Below are positions 1-10,186 of a stretch of DNA of 32,000 nucleotides, in pieces. The notes below the pieces were generated by a model. That model was given only the letters and a program-made list of their open reading frames with translations, ran no database searches and was not told the DNA's origin. Where the stretch lies: NCBI RefSeq assembly GCF_000011805.1, contig NC_006841.2; one strand, given 5' to 3'. Each line of letters opens with the position of its first letter. The first letter of the stretch is position 1. Both the position numbers and the translations under genes were made by a program. Source of the stretch: Aliivibrio fischeri ES114. Lineage in GTDB: Bacteria; Pseudomonadota; Gammaproteobacteria; Enterobacterales; Vibrionaceae.

Positions 1-1
1 C

Positions 2-496
2 CCACTACCAGAAGCGCAGCTTGACCGTTTCTTAATGCATTTGGATGTGGATTACCCTGGCGCACAAGACGAACTAGCCATTCTGCGTTTAAATCGTGGT
101 GAAGCCTTGGGTGAGCAAGCACAAAGACCACAACCATTAGCACAAAGTGAGATTTTCAGTGCTCGTAAAGAAGTGTTATCCATTTACATGGCACCTGAAA
201 TCGAGCAATACATTATTCGTATTACGATGGCGACACGTAAGCCTGCACAATACTGCCAAGAGTTAGCAAACCAACTTGAAATGGGTGTTAGCCCACGTGC
301 GACATTAGCGTTAGATCGTTGTGCTCGTGCACATGCATGGTTAGCAGGTCGTGATTACGTAAGCCCTGAAGATGTTCAAGCTATGGCTTATCCTGTATTA
401 CGTCACCGACTGCTATTAAGCTTCCAAGCGCAAGCAGAAGGCACAACGGCAAATAAAGTCATTGAGCGTTTATTACAAATGGTAGCGGCGTCTTAA
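2..496 (+). CDS. MoxR-family AAA+ ATPase, C-terminal part; 5' end lies outside the window
   Basis: Frame is open from base 2 (PLPEAQLDRFLMHLDVDYPG...), the typical MoxR 'LPEAQLDRF' sensor region, followed by the lid domain 'YVSPEDVQAMAYPVLRHRL'. It sits directly upstream of DUF58 and VWA genes, as in MoxR/Bat operons. Confidence 0.93.
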   Translation, partial: PLPEAQLDRFLMHLDVDYPGAQDELAILRLNRGEALGEQAQRPQPLAQSEIFSARKEVLSIYMAPEIEQYIIRITMATRKPAQYCQELANQLEMGVSPRATLALDRCARAHAWLAGRDYVSPEDVQAMAYPVLRHRLLLSFQAQAEGTTANKVIERLLQMVAAS

Positions 497-544
497 TTTA
501 ATCAAGACACATTGCTAAACGTTAATTCGACATAAGCAGATATT

Positions 545-1504
545 GTGAAGAAAACAAATACACTAACACTGCCACCACACAGCAATGGCGTTACCTTGTC
601 ACTTAATGAGTTGGTTCACTATAAGAACCACTCATTACAGTGGTTACCGCCAGCACAATCTGTATGGTCAAAAATGAATGGCAGTCATCAAAGCCGTCAA
701 AAAGGCCGTGGCATGGATTTTTCTGAAGTACGCCAGTATCAACCGGGGGATGACATTCGCTCTATTGATTGGCGTGTCACTGCACGTACAGGAAAACCAC
801 ATACCAAGCTCTACAGTGAAGAGCGAGAACAACCAACCATGCTTTTTGTGGATGTCAGTGACACCATGCGTTTTGGTTCACAGCTTCTATTCAAATCCGT
901 TCAAGCTGCGCATTTTGCCAGTTTGCTAAGTTGGATAACCTTAGCTGAAAAAGATCGCGTTGGTGGGATCATCTTTGATGGTAAATCCACACTCGATTGT
1001 AAGCCCTCTTCTCGTCAGAAAGTGGTCTTACAATTTCTTCAAAAGATCATTGAGCGTCATAACACCACGTCATCAAATACAGAGCAAACGACAACGCAGC
1101 AAACGGATTCTTTTGTTAAAGGGTTACAGCAGTTACAACGTTTGTGTCCAAAAGGCAGTGAAATCGTCATCATCAGTGATTTCTACGCACTTACGGACGA
1201 TTGCAAAGCGATATTCAGTCAATTAAGCAAACACAATCGCATTCAGTTTGTGATGATAAACGATCCATTAGAGCAAGGGGTGACCCGTTTTAATGGCGTA
1301 GAGCATGTGTCTGATAACAAACGTTCAGCATGGTTAGATTTCTCCTCTCTTTCCACTAAAAATGCCTTACAACAACAGGCGAACCTACATAAAGCGTATG
1401 TACAAAACATGGCAATGCAATTGGGCATTCATTTACATACCCTATCGTCAGGTTTTCCTTTATTAAACCAATTAACCACAGCACAGGATAAAGGAAATAA
1501 TTAA
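545..1504 (+). CDS. DUF58 domain-containing protein (MoxR/Bat operon)
   Basis: Motif 'GRGMDFSEVRQYQPGDDIRSIDWRVTARTGKPHTKLYSEEREQPTMLFVDVSDTM' is typical of DUF58. The stop overlaps the next start (TAATG). Confidence 0.93.
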   Translation: MKKTNTLTLPPHSNGVTLSLNELVHYKNHSLQWLPPAQSVWSKMNGSHQSRQKGRGMDFSEVRQYQPGDDIRSIDWRVTARTGKPHTKLYSEEREQPTMLFVDVSDTMRFGSQLLFKSVQAAHFASLLSWITLAEKDRVGGIIFDGKSTLDCKPSSRQKVVLQFLQKIIERHNTTSSNTEQTTTQQTDSFVKGLQQLQRLCPKGSEIVIISDFYALTDDCKAIFSQLSKHNRIQFVMINDPLEQGVTRFNGVEHVSDNKRSAWLDFSSLSTKNALQQQANLHKAYVQNMAMQLGIHLHTLSSGFPLLNQLTTAQDKGNN

Positions 1505-2037
1505 TGTCTTTATCTTCAACAGCAGCGCCAAATGCTGCATCACCGTCCGCCCCATTGCCTTTAGCGGATTTACATTTACCAGAAGCACCAAGCTTCTCGC
1601 TGTCATGGCAAGGTTACGGATTAATTTTTCTTATTATTGCTTGTATTGCTCTTCTTGTTTGGGCTTTTATGGCTTACAGAAAAAAACGACGCCTTCAACG
1701 GGTCGCTTTATCGGAATTAGCGAAATTAAAGCCAGAACAGACTCGTGATGTAGCAAAGCTATTAAAACAAGCTGCATTGAGTCATTTCTCTCGTCAGCAA
1801 ATTGCAGCGCTGCATGGACTCGCTTGGTGGAATTTTATTGAACAAAAGCTTCCGACAAAAAAACAAGCCAATGTTCACTTTGCTACTCGCTCAGAAATGC
1901 TAGAGAAAGCCTTATACGGCAAAGTGCCTTTATCTGAAACCAATCAGAAACGCTTTTATGATGATGTGCGTTACTGGTTGATTCATGCATTGCCTGCAAA
2001 ACAACAAAAAGCAGAGCAAGGAGCAAAACATGATTGA
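1504..2037 (+). CDS. DUF4381-type single-pass membrane protein of the MoxR/Bat operon
   Basis: One N-terminal TM segment (LIFLIIACIALLVWAFMAY) then a basic region 'RKKRRLQRVALSELAKLK' and 'LKQAALSHFSRQQIAALHGLAWWNFIEQKL'. Overlaps neighbouring genes on both sides. Confidence 0.82.
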   Translation: MSLSSTAAPNAASPSAPLPLADLHLPEAPSFSLSWQGYGLIFLIIACIALLVWAFMAYRKKRRLQRVALSELAKLKPEQTRDVAKLLKQAALSHFSRQQIAALHGLAWWNFIEQKLPTKKQANVHFATRSEMLEKALYGKVPLSETNQKRFYDDVRYWLIHALPAKQQKAEQGAKHD

Positions 2038-2995
2038 ATTTATGTGGTGGTGGGTATGGTTTTTATTGCCAATCCCATTGGTGATCTATTTCTTAATGCC
2101 AGAAAAAGAAGCTGGCGAAGCGATTCATTTGCCTCGTTTACCTGACCAAGGTGAATACAAACAACCAAATAAACGCATTAATATTGGCTTATTATCATTG
2201 GCTTGGCTTTTATTGATAGCGGCACTTGCACGTCCTGTCTGGTATGGCGAGCCTGTGGATATTCAGCCAGAACACAGAGACATGATGTTGGTGGTGGATT
2301 TATCCGGCTCTATGGCAGAAGAAGACATGAAAACCAGTAATGGTGATTTTGTTGACCGCTTAACCGCTGTTAAGCAAGTGGTGTCCGATTTTATTGACCA
2401 ACGTAAAGGCGATCGCCTAGGCTTGGTGCTGTTTGGTGATCACGCTTATCTTCAAACGCCTCTCACCTTTGATAGAAACACAGTACGTGAGCAATTGGAT
2501 CGTACCGTGCTAAATCTTGTAGGCCAACGCACCGCGATTGGTGAAGGTTTAGGACTGGCAACCAAAACCTTTATTGAAAGTAATGCACCACAAAGAACCA
2601 TTATTTTATTAAGCGATGGGGCTAATACGGCAGGTGTACTAGAGCCATTAGAAGCAGCGCAACTAGCAAAAGATAATCATGCCAAGATTTACACCGTTGG
2701 TATTGGCGCTGGTGAAATGCAAGTACGTGGATTCTTTGGAAAACAAACGGTAAATACCGCTCGTGATCTGGATGAAGATACCTTAACCAAGATTGCGACA
2801 ATGACTGGCGGACAATATTTCCGAGCTCGTAACGCCGATGAACTTGCAGAAATTTATCAAACCATTGATGCATTAGAGCCTGTGACTCAAGCAACACAAA
2901 CTTGGCGTCCCCATGAAGAGTGGTTCCGTTACCCACTAATGGGCTATTTGTTTGTTCTTTTCATTATTGTTGGAGTAAGAAAACGCCATGGCTAA
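2030..2995 (+). CDS. VWA domain membrane protein (BatA-like)
   Basis: MIDAS motif 'MLVVDLSGSMAEED', TM segments at both ends, proline/Asp-rich VWA fold. The ATG at 2030 has a nearby AAGGAGC ribosome binding site, so the 1985 start of the supplied ORF is probably too early. Confidence 0.9.
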   Translation: MIEFMWWWVWFLLPIPLVIYFLMPEKEAGEAIHLPRLPDQGEYKQPNKRINIGLLSLAWLLLIAALARPVWYGEPVDIQPEHRDMMLVVDLSGSMAEEDMKTSNGDFVDRLTAVKQVVSDFIDQRKGDRLGLVLFGDHAYLQTPLTFDRNTVREQLDRTVLNLVGQRTAIGEGLGLATKTFIESNAPQRTIILLSDGANTAGVLEPLEAAQLAKDNHAKIYTVGIGAGEMQVRGFFGKQTVNTARDLDEDTLTKIATMTGGQYFRARNADELAEIYQTIDALEPVTQATQTWRPHEEWFRYPLMGYLFVLFIIVGVRKRHG

Positions 2996-4895
2996 TTTTA
3001 CTTTTCTCTATCCGATGTGGTTTTTAGCCCTCATACCATTAGTGGCTTTGATTGTTATTCAACGAAAAAACCAACATCACGGTGGCTTAATCGCCCCACA
3101 CATAGCAAAACAACTTGGCATGGTTCAAAAAAAGAACGGCCATGGTTTTTTATACGGACTCAGCGTTATTTGGTTTTGTGTGACAACTGCACTTGCAGGA
3201 CCAAGTTTTGGCTATAAAGAAACACCGAGTTTTCAGCTTTCTGGCGCTCGAATTCTTGTCATGGATATGTCTCGCTCTTTGTATGCGACGGATCTTAAAC
3301 CTAACCGTTTAACCCAAGCAAAATACAAAGCCAAAGATCTTCTTCCTTACTGGAAAGAAGGCATGACAGGGTTAGTAGCTTATGCTAACAGCAGTTATTT
3401 AGTAAGTCCGTTAACAGGTGACAGCAAAACGTTAGATAATCTCATTACTAACCTATCCCCTGAAATCATGCCTTATAAAGGGAAAGGAAGTAATTTATCG
3501 ACAGCAATCAATCAAAGTATTGAGATGATGAAAAAATCTGGCCATCAGCAAGGCGATATCGTTGTCTTAACTGACGGTATTTCTTCATCACAACTTAAAA
3601 AAGTCACTGTACTAATTGATGGTACCAAGTGGCGTATTAGTTTATTGGGTGTCGGAACCACTAATGGCGCACCTATCGAGCTGCCTAATGGTCAATTATT
3701 AACGGACAACACGGGTAAAACGGTCGTCGCAAAACTCAATCCACAACCATTACAGCAAATAGCGACGGAAACGCATGGTGTGGCGCAGCTTATCCAATCG
3801 GATAACAGCGATATTGATGCTATCGTTCGGTTAACCAAAACACCTTTAGAGCAAGTAACAAAAAACAGCGATACACAAGTGAACAGTCGTGCAAACCACG
3901 GATACTGGTTACTCTTCCCTATTGTATTGCTTTCACTATTTGCTTTTCGAAAAGGAATGATTTTAGCTTTATTGCTTGTATTGTTACCTGTAGATAAGTC
4001 CATGGCGAATACGTTGTTATCAAACGATTACAACGCTCACCAACAATATGAGCAAAAAGAATATCAAGCGGCCAGTGAACAATTCCAATCCAAACAATGG
4101 AAAGGAGCGGCTCAATATAAAGCGGGAGATTATAAAGGCGCTATTGAAAGCTTAACTGGCCTTAGTGATGTTCAATCACAATATAATCTTGCGAATGCAT
4201 TAGCGCAAAATGGACAACTTGAAGACGCTAAAGCTCAATATGAATCTTTATTACAAGCTAATCCTGACATGAAGGATGCTAAAACCAATTTGGATATCGT
4301 CAATAAAGCGCTAGAGCAACAGCAACAGCAACAGCAACAGCAAAACGATAAGAATAAACAATCGGATAAAAACAAAGACAATAAAGAGCAAGATCAGAAT
4401 AAAGATAAGCAAAACCAAGATAACAAAGACGGCTCTGATCAATCTTCAGATTCTAAAAACTCGCAATCTCAAGATTCACAGCAGAATCAGCAGAATCAGC
4501 AGAATCAGCAGAATCAGCAGAATCAGCAGAATCAGCAGAATCAGCAGAAGGATAAATCTCAATCTGAGAACGAGTCAAAATCAGATAAACAAGAAAAATC
4601 CGATGCTTCTTCTCAAGAGCAGAAACAACAAGCTCAAGATAAAAAGCAGCAAGAACAGAAAGAGAAAGAAAAATCAGCACAAGCAAGCGATAAGCAAAAT
4701 GACGCAAAGAAAGAGAAGAAACAAGCTCAAATGCAGTCTCAACAGGGTCAAGTTGATAGCGATGCAAAAACAACGGATCCACGTTTACAAAAACTAGAAC
4801 AATCAGGTGCTAAAGAAGACGAACTGCTTCGTGCCCTACTCTATTTACAAGCTCAACAACAAGAGCCACCACAAGCTTCTGAGAACGAATGGTAA
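2988..4895 (+). CDS. VWA + TPR fusion protein (BatB/BatC-like) with a Q/N/K-rich low-complexity C-terminus
   Basis: VWA domain with 'ILVMDMSRSLYATDLKPNRL', TM segments, then TPR-like 'AAQYKAGDYKGAIESLTGLSDVQSQYNLANALAQNGQLEDAKAQYESLLQANPDMKDAKTNLDIV', then a Q-rich tail. It overlaps the upstream gene by 8 bp. Confidence 0.9.
   Translation: MANFTFLYPMWFLALIPLVALIVIQRKNQHHGGLIAPHIAKQLGMVQKKNGHGFLYGLSVIWFCVTTALAGPSFGYKETPSFQLSGARILVMDMSRSLYATDLKPNRLTQAKYKAKDLLPYWKEGMTGLVAYANSSYLVSPLTGDSKTLDNLITNLSPEIMPYKGKGSNLSTAINQSIEMMKKSGHQQGDIVVLTDGISSSQLKKVTVLIDGTKWRISLLGVGTTNGAPIELPNGQLLTDNTGKTVVAKLNPQPLQQIATETHGVAQLIQSDNSDIDAIVRLTKTPLEQVTKNSDTQVNSRANHGYWLLFPIVLLSLFAFRKGMILALLLVLLPVDKSMANTLLSNDYNAHQQYEQKEYQAASEQFQSKQWKGAAQYKAGDYKGAIESLTGLSDVQSQYNLANALAQNGQLEDAKAQYESLLQANPDMKDAKTNLDIVNKALEQQQQQQQQQNDKNKQSDKNKDNKEQDQNKDKQNQDNKDGSDQSSDSKNSQSQDSQQNQQNQQNQQNQQNQQNQQNQQKDKSQSENESKSDKQEKSDASSQEQKQQAQDKKQQEQKEKEKSAQASDKQNDAKKEKKQAQMQSQQGQVDSDAKTTDPRLQKLEQSGAKEDELLRALLYLQAQQQEPPQASENEW
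4317..4343 (+). repeat. Short 6-bp tandem repeat (CAACAG)4CAA encoding polyglutamine
   Basis: Direct reading of codons caa cag caa cag caa cag caa cag caa in frame after the TPR region. Confidence 0.9.
4479..4550 (+). repeat. Tandem 9-bp repeat CAGCAGAAT encoding (QQN)x7, plus a final diverged unit CAGCAGAAG
   Basis: Direct reading: seven perfect CAGCAGAAT units at 4479-4541, then CAGCAGAAG at 4542-4550, in frame inside the VWA-TPR gene. Confidence 0.95.
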
Positions 4896-6562
4896 TACCG
4901 ATGAAAAGACACTTAAACTACCAATCTTCAATAATGAAAACATCACTGATGAAGAAAATACTATTACTGCTTACCCTGACTATCAGCGGAATTTCGTACG
5001 CCAACGCCCAAGCGATTGCAACTGTTAGCAAAAACAACATTACTGAAAACGAAGTTATTCAACTGATGGTGTCAGTAGATAAAAGCGCAGATCAAAGTAA
5101 GTTTGATATTAGCCAGCTCGGACCGGATTTTCGTTCAGGCCAAGTCAGCTTTGGGAGCTCTCGTTCATTAGTTAATGGCGATTACAGTGTTCAAAGCCAA
5201 TGGACTGTATCGATTGCACCAACCAAAATGGGGATATTAACCATTCCAAGTATGGAGGTTGCAGGTGAACAAACAAACCCAATCAACATTCGTGTAAATA
5301 AAGACGCAACGGCACCAAAAAGCAGCGATATTATCAAAGTCAGCGGTGAGTTAAGTAAAAACGAATTGTACGAAGGTGAAACGGCACAATTTAATGCCAA
5401 AATAGCCATCTTTGCTGATATTCGTCGTTTAAAAGATCCAAATATCATTACTCCTCAAGGAAACGGTGTTGAATTTTCTCCTATTGGTGAAAGTAAACAA
5501 TATCAAACTGTTATTGATGGTTTACAAGCAACTGTGGTTGAACAGGTATTTAGTCTAAGCGCAAACAAAGCAGGTAAATTAACCTTTGATGGCTTGGCTT
5601 TTACGGGAGGATTAATACAAACCGATCGTTACGGTCGTAGCACCAAGTTAATTCCATTAAACATAAACCCAAAACAATACTCAATTAATGTATTAACTAA
5701 ACCATCTGATTACAAAGGAACATGGTTACCAACCAGTGATTTGAAACTAGGTCAGCAATGGCTCGTTGATGGCAAAGTCCTAACCAACACAGAGGTTGAA
5801 GCTGGCACAGCCATTACTCGCCAAATCACCCTAATGATGGCTGATGTCCCACCAGAAAAGTTGCCATCTATTGATATTAGTTATCCAAAATCAGTTCGTA
5901 TGTACGACGAAAAGCCGACCATTGGTAAAGACAGCCAAGGGAATAGTGTGATGACCATTAAACAAGTGATCATTCCACATACATCGGGCCAAGTTAAATT
6001 ACCAGCGGTATCGATTCAATGGTGGAACAGTAAAACGCACAAAGCAGAAGTCGCAAAATTAGATTCATTAATGCTAACCGTGACACCAAACAGTCAAAAA
6101 ACCGAACAAACGATCAAGCAACAAACAAATGAGCAATCGAAGACCGTAATAAAACGAGAAGTTGATCACGGTATTTGGCCTTATACCACCCTAGGTTTTG
6201 CTATTTTATGGCTATTAACACTTATTGCTTGGTATAAAGCACGAAACAGTGTGAGCAAAGAAACATTAACGGTTACATCGAATCATGCTATATCAAATAG
6301 TGATATTTCTATATTAATTACGGCACTTAAATCAGACAATACAATACTTGCACACCAGATCATTCAAGACCATGCTGATGACTGGAAAGCAAAAGGAATC
6401 GATACAGATAAAGTCAAAGTGCTCATTGAGAAATTAAGCCATGCTAAATACTCAAGCAAATCAGAAAACACTGATAAAGAAAGGCTTATTAAAGAGGTAA
6501 CTCAACAATTAAAGGTGAGTAAAAAATCAAAATCAAGCCCAGCAGAACTTGAAGCATTATAG
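4889..6562 (+). CDS. BatD-like (oxygen tolerance family) periplasmic/membrane protein
   Basis: Signal peptide 'MKKILLLLTLTISGISYANAQA', Ig-like beta repeats ('NELYEGETAQFNAKIAIFADIRRL...'), C-terminal TM 'WPYTTLGFAILWLLTLIAWYKA'. Last gene of the Bat-type operon. Start may be one of several in-frame ATGs (4889, 4901 or later). Confidence 0.85.
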   Translation: MVIPMKRHLNYQSSIMKTSLMKKILLLLTLTISGISYANAQAIATVSKNNITENEVIQLMVSVDKSADQSKFDISQLGPDFRSGQVSFGSSRSLVNGDYSVQSQWTVSIAPTKMGILTIPSMEVAGEQTNPINIRVNKDATAPKSSDIIKVSGELSKNELYEGETAQFNAKIAIFADIRRLKDPNIITPQGNGVEFSPIGESKQYQTVIDGLQATVVEQVFSLSANKAGKLTFDGLAFTGGLIQTDRYGRSTKLIPLNINPKQYSINVLTKPSDYKGTWLPTSDLKLGQQWLVDGKVLTNTEVEAGTAITRQITLMMADVPPEKLPSIDISYPKSVRMYDEKPTIGKDSQGNSVMTIKQVIIPHTSGQVKLPAVSIQWWNSKTHKAEVAKLDSLMLTVTPNSQKTEQTIKQQTNEQSKTVIKREVDHGIWPYTTLGFAILWLLTLIAWYKARNSVSKETLTVTSNHAISNSDISILITALKSDNTILAHQIIQDHADDWKAKGIDTDKVKVLIEKLSHAKYSSKSENTDKERLIKEVTQQLKVSKKSKSSPAELEAL

Positions 6563-6585
6563 ACTTTAACTGCATAAATGAATTT

Positions 6586-6612
6586 AAGGCTGGCTATGTG
6601 TCAGCCTTTTTA
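6586..6612 (+). terminator. Rho-independent terminator for the Bat-type operon
   Basis: AAGGCTG-gctatgtgt-CAGCCTTTTTT stem-loop with T tract, directly after the BatD-like stop codon. Confidence 0.75.
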
Positions 6613-6911
6613 ATCTCTCACCACACCCCAGCACTTCCACTCTTTCTTAATCTCATCCAGATAAGTACTTTCTTCGTATTTGTAATTTTTCACTAATGGT
6701 TTGCGCAAACGATCACGCTCAAATATTCAGATAAAAATGGATGTATCTTCACACAATGTTCGATTTACCATTGACTTATTCGATGGAAAGCTCAATTATC
6801 ACCTTATCAAATGTTCACTACCATCGCATTTGCTCAAACAAGCACAGATGGAAGCGAGACGGACTTTAAAAGAATGTGCTAAATCGCATATGACAAGTAA
6901 GGGTAAGTAGT

Positions 6912-7862
6912 ATGACAACTAAACTAGAACAACTTCGTAAACTAACAACAGTAGTAGCTGACACGGGTGACATTGAAGCAATCGCAAAGTACACGCCTGA
7001 AGATGCAACAACGAACCCTTCTCTAATTCTAAAAGCGGCAGAAATTACTGAATACGCACCACTAATCGATGCGTCGATTGAATACGCTAAAGCGCAAAGC
7101 AACGACAAAGCACAGCAAGTTCAAGATACTTGCGACATGCTTGCAGTTAACATCGGTAAAGAAATTCTTAAAGTCGTACCTGGCCGTATCTCAACAGAAG
7201 TAGATGCTCGTCTTTCTTACGATACTGAAGGCAGTGTGGCAAAAGCACGTCAACTGATCAAAATGTACAACGATGCAGGCATTACTAATGACCGTATCCT
7301 TATCAAACTGGCTTCTACTTGGGAAGGCATCCGTGCTGCAGAGATCCTAGAAAAAGAAGGTATCAACTGTAACCTAACTCTTCTATTCTCTTTCGCTCAA
7401 GCTCGCGCATGTGCTGAAGCTGGTGTTTACCTGATTTCTCCATTTGTTGGTCGTATCATGGACTGGTACAAAGCGAAAGAAGGTCGTGACTTTGAGCCAA
7501 GCGAAGATCCAGGTGTTGTTTCAGTTACTGGTATTTACAACTACTACAAAGAACACGGCTACAACACAGTTGTGATGGGTGCAAGCTTCCGTAACATTGG
7601 TGAAATCCTTGAATTAGCAGGCTGTGACCGCCTAACAATTAGCCCTAACCTACTTCAAGAACTTGAAGAAGCAACAGGTGAAGTGGTTGAGAAACTGGTT
7701 GATACAAACGGCAACAAAGCCCGTCCTGCAGCAATGACTCACGCAGAGTTCCTATGGGATCATAACCAAGACGCAATGGCGGTTGAGAAACTGGCTGAAG
7801 GTATCCGTAACTTTGCGGTTGACCAAGGTAAATTAGAAGCAATGATTGCAACTAAGCTTTAA
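6912..7862 (+). CDS. tal: Transaldolase
   Basis: Full-length 316 aa: '[43 protein letters not shown]', '[39 protein letters not shown]'. Confidence 0.98.
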   Translation: MTTKLEQLRKLTTVVADTGDIEAIAKYTPEDATTNPSLILKAAEITEYAPLIDASIEYAKAQSNDKAQQVQDTCDMLAVNIGKEILKVVPGRISTEVDARLSYDTEGSVAKARQLIKMYNDAGITNDRILIKLASTWEGIRAAEILEKEGINCNLTLLFSFAQARACAEAGVYLISPFVGRIMDWYKAKEGRDFEPSEDPGVVSVTGIYNYYKEHGYNTVVMGASFRNIGEILELAGCDRLTISPNLLQELEEATGEVVEKLVDTNGNKARPAAMTHAEFLWDHNQDAMAVEKLAEGIRNFAVDQGKLEAMIATKL

Positions 7863-7868
7863 TTTCTA

Positions 7869-8140
7869 GGTTTCAGATCGGTCGGCAAGCTCCCTTGCAG
7901 AATTCAGGGGGGTTTGCATTTATACCAATGCAAGTAATTAGATGACCTATTTATTACGCAGGAAAATCACTTAAGAGTAAGGCAAAAAATCTTATAAGTA
8001 GTTAGTCTACAATAATAATTTTTAACGCAACTATTGAGTTATTTAACCAGTAATAATAATCAGATAATTAATGGAATTGGTATTAGTTCAAAAGTCACCA
8101 CAAACACCTCTGAACCCTTTAAGCGAAGCGATCTGAACCC
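7869..8140. repeat. Outer imperfect inverted repeat flanking an inner MITE-like element in the tal-tkt intergenic region
   Basis: GGTTTCAGATCG (7869-7880) pairs with CGATCTGAACCC (8129-8140), 11/12. AATTCAGGGGGGTTTG (7901-7916) pairs imperfectly with CAAACACCTCTGAACC (8101-8116), 12/16. Confidence 0.55.
7920..8085. mobile_element. Possible MITE-like element of about 166 bp with imperfect terminal inverted repeats (ATACCAAT...ATTGGTAT)
   Basis: Left end TTATACCAATGCAAGTAATTAGATG (7920-7944) versus reverse complement of right end TAATACCAATTCCATTAATTATCTG (8061-8085), 19/25 identical. AT-rich and non-coding. No clear target-site duplication seen. Confidence 0.5.
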
Positions 8141-8175
8141 TGCTCTATTCTTTTCAAATATTCGAGTTAAACATT

Positions 8176-10167
8176 ATGAACCGTAAACATCTAGCAAATG
8201 CAATCCGTGCTCTAAGCATGGACGGCGTACAACAAGCAAACTCTGGCCACCCTGGCGCACCTATGGGCATGGCTGATATCGCTGAAGTTCTTTGGCGTTC
8301 TCATTTAAATCACAACCCAGCAAACCCAGAGTGGGCTGACCGCGACCGTTTTATTCTTTCAAACGGTCATGGCTCTATGCTGATTTACTCTCTGCTTCAC
8401 CTTTCAGGTTACGAGTTATCAATTGATGACCTTAAAAACTTCCGTCAACTTCACTCTAAAACTCCGGGTCACCCAGAGTATGGCTATGCGCCAGGTGTTG
8501 AAACAACTACAGGTCCTCTAGGTCAAGGTATTACCAATGCTGTTGGTATGGCGATGGCTGAAAAAGCATTAGCGGCACAATTCAACAAAGAAGGCCACGA
8601 TATCGTTGACCACTTCACTTATACATTTATGGGTGATGGCTGTCTGATGGAAGGTATTTCTCACGAAGCGTGTTCACTTGCTGGTACGTTAGGCCTAGGC
8701 AAATTAATCGCATTCTGGGATGACAACGGTATCTCTATCGATGGTGAAGTTGAAGGTTGGTTCTCTGATGACACACCTAAACGCTTTGAAGCGTACGGCT
8801 GGCACGTAATTCCTGCTGTTGATGGTCATGATTCAGATGCTATCAATGCAGCAATTGAAGCGGCTAAAGCCGATCCTCGCCCTACTCTTATTTGTACGAA
8901 AACTATTATCGGTTTTGGTTCTCCTAACAAACAAGGTACACACGACTGTCACGGTGCTCCACTAGGCGCTGACGAAATTAAAGCAGCAAAAGCACAATTA
9001 GGTTGGGAGCACGGCGCATTTGAAATTCCGCAAGAAGTTTACGCAGAATGGGACGCGAAAGAAACAGGCGCAGCTAAGGAAGCGTCGTGGAACGAGAAAT
9101 TTGCAGCTTATGAAGCAGCATACCCAGAACTTGCAGCCGAATTTACTCGCCGCGTAAACGGTGATTTACCAAAAGAGTGGGAAGAAAAAGCATCAGCAAT
9201 CATTGCTGATCTTCAAGCTAACCCTGCAAACATCGCATCACGTAAAGCGTCTCAAAACGCATTAGAAGCATTTGGTGCTATGTTACCTGAATTCATGGGC
9301 GGCTCTGCTGATCTTGCACCTTCTAACCTAACAATGTGGTCTGGTTCTAAGTCTCTAGAAGCAAACGACTTCTCTGGTAATTACATTCATTACGGTGTTC
9401 GTGAATTTGGTATGACAGCAATCATGAATGGTATTGCTCTGCACGGTGGTTTCGTACCATACGGCGCAACGTTCCTAATGTTCATGGAATACGCTCGTAA
9501 CGCAATGCGTATGGCTGCACTAATGAAAGTGCAAAACATCCAAGTTTACACGCACGACTCTATCGGTCTTGGCGAAGATGGTCCAACTCACCAGCCAGTT
9601 GAGCAAATTGCTTCTCTACGTCTAACTCCTAACATGAGCACATGGCGTCCATGTGACCAAGTTGAGTCAGCTGTAGCATGGAAACTAGCTATCGAGCGTA
9701 AAGATGGTCCATCTGCACTTATCTTCTCTCGTCAAAACCTTGCACAACAAGAGCGTGATGCAAAGCAATTAGCGAACATCGCTAAAGGTGGCTATATCCT
9801 TAAAGATTGTGAAGGTCAACCAGAGTTAATCCTTATTGCAACGGGTTCAGAAGTTGAACTAGCAATTGAAGCAGCAGCACAACTGACAGCAGAAGGTAAA
9901 GCGGTACGTGTTGTTTCAATGCCATCAACAGATGCATTTGATAAGCAAGACGAAGCATACCGTGAAGCAGTACTTCCATCAGCGGTAACTAAACGTATCG
10001 CAATTGAAGCGGGTATTGCTGATTTCTGGTACAAGTACGTAGGTTTCGGTGGCAAGATCATCGGCATGACAACATTTGGTGAGTCAGCACCTGCTGATGA
10101 GCTATTCAAAATGTTTGGTTTCACTACTGAAAACGTAGTAAACACGGCAAAAGAATTGTTAGCTTAA
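8176..10167 (+). CDS. tkt: Transketolase
   Basis: Full-length 663 aa: '[48 protein letters not shown]', '[38 protein letters not shown]'. Confidence 0.98.
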   Translation: MNRKHLANAIRALSMDGVQQANSGHPGAPMGMADIAEVLWRSHLNHNPANPEWADRDRFILSNGHGSMLIYSLLHLSGYELSIDDLKNFRQLHSKTPGHPEYGYAPGVETTTGPLGQGITNAVGMAMAEKALAAQFNKEGHDIVDHFTYTFMGDGCLMEGISHEACSLAGTLGLGKLIAFWDDNGISIDGEVEGWFSDDTPKRFEAYGWHVIPAVDGHDSDAINAAIEAAKADPRPTLICTKTIIGFGSPNKQGTHDCHGAPLGADEIKAAKAQLGWEHGAFEIPQEVYAEWDAKETGAAKEASWNEKFAAYEAAYPELAAEFTRRVNGDLPKEWEEKASAIIADLQANPANIASRKASQNALEAFGAMLPEFMGGSADLAPSNLTMWSGSKSLEANDFSGNYIHYGVREFGMTAIMNGIALHGGFVPYGATFLMFMEYARNAMRMAALMKVQNIQVYTHDSIGLGEDGPTHQPVEQIASLRLTPNMSTWRPCDQVESAVAWKLAIERKDGPSALIFSRQNLAQQERDAKQLANIAKGGYILKDCEGQPELILIATGSEVELAIEAAAQLTAEGKAVRVVSMPSTDAFDKQDEAYREAVLPSAVTKRIAIEAGIADFWYKYVGFGGKIIGMTTFGESAPADELFKMFGFTTENVVNTAKELLA

Positions 10168-10186
10168 TAACAAACGCTTTATAAAC

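Noticed and set aside
678-1428. Alternative-frame ORFs at 678..929, 960..1226 and 1243..1428 inside the DUF58 gene
   Set aside because: They overlap a well-supported family protein in another frame and show no family signature or ribosome binding site.
4453-4782. 109-aa minus-strand ORF with repeated 'SADSADSAD' tract
   Set aside because: It is the antisense reading of the CAGCAGAAT repeat inside the clearly coding VWA-TPR gene, so the repeat alone explains it.
9816-10145. Minus-strand ORF inside tkt (and similar ones at 6866..7108 and 7645..7851 over tal)
   Set aside because: Antisense shadows of highly conserved metabolic genes.
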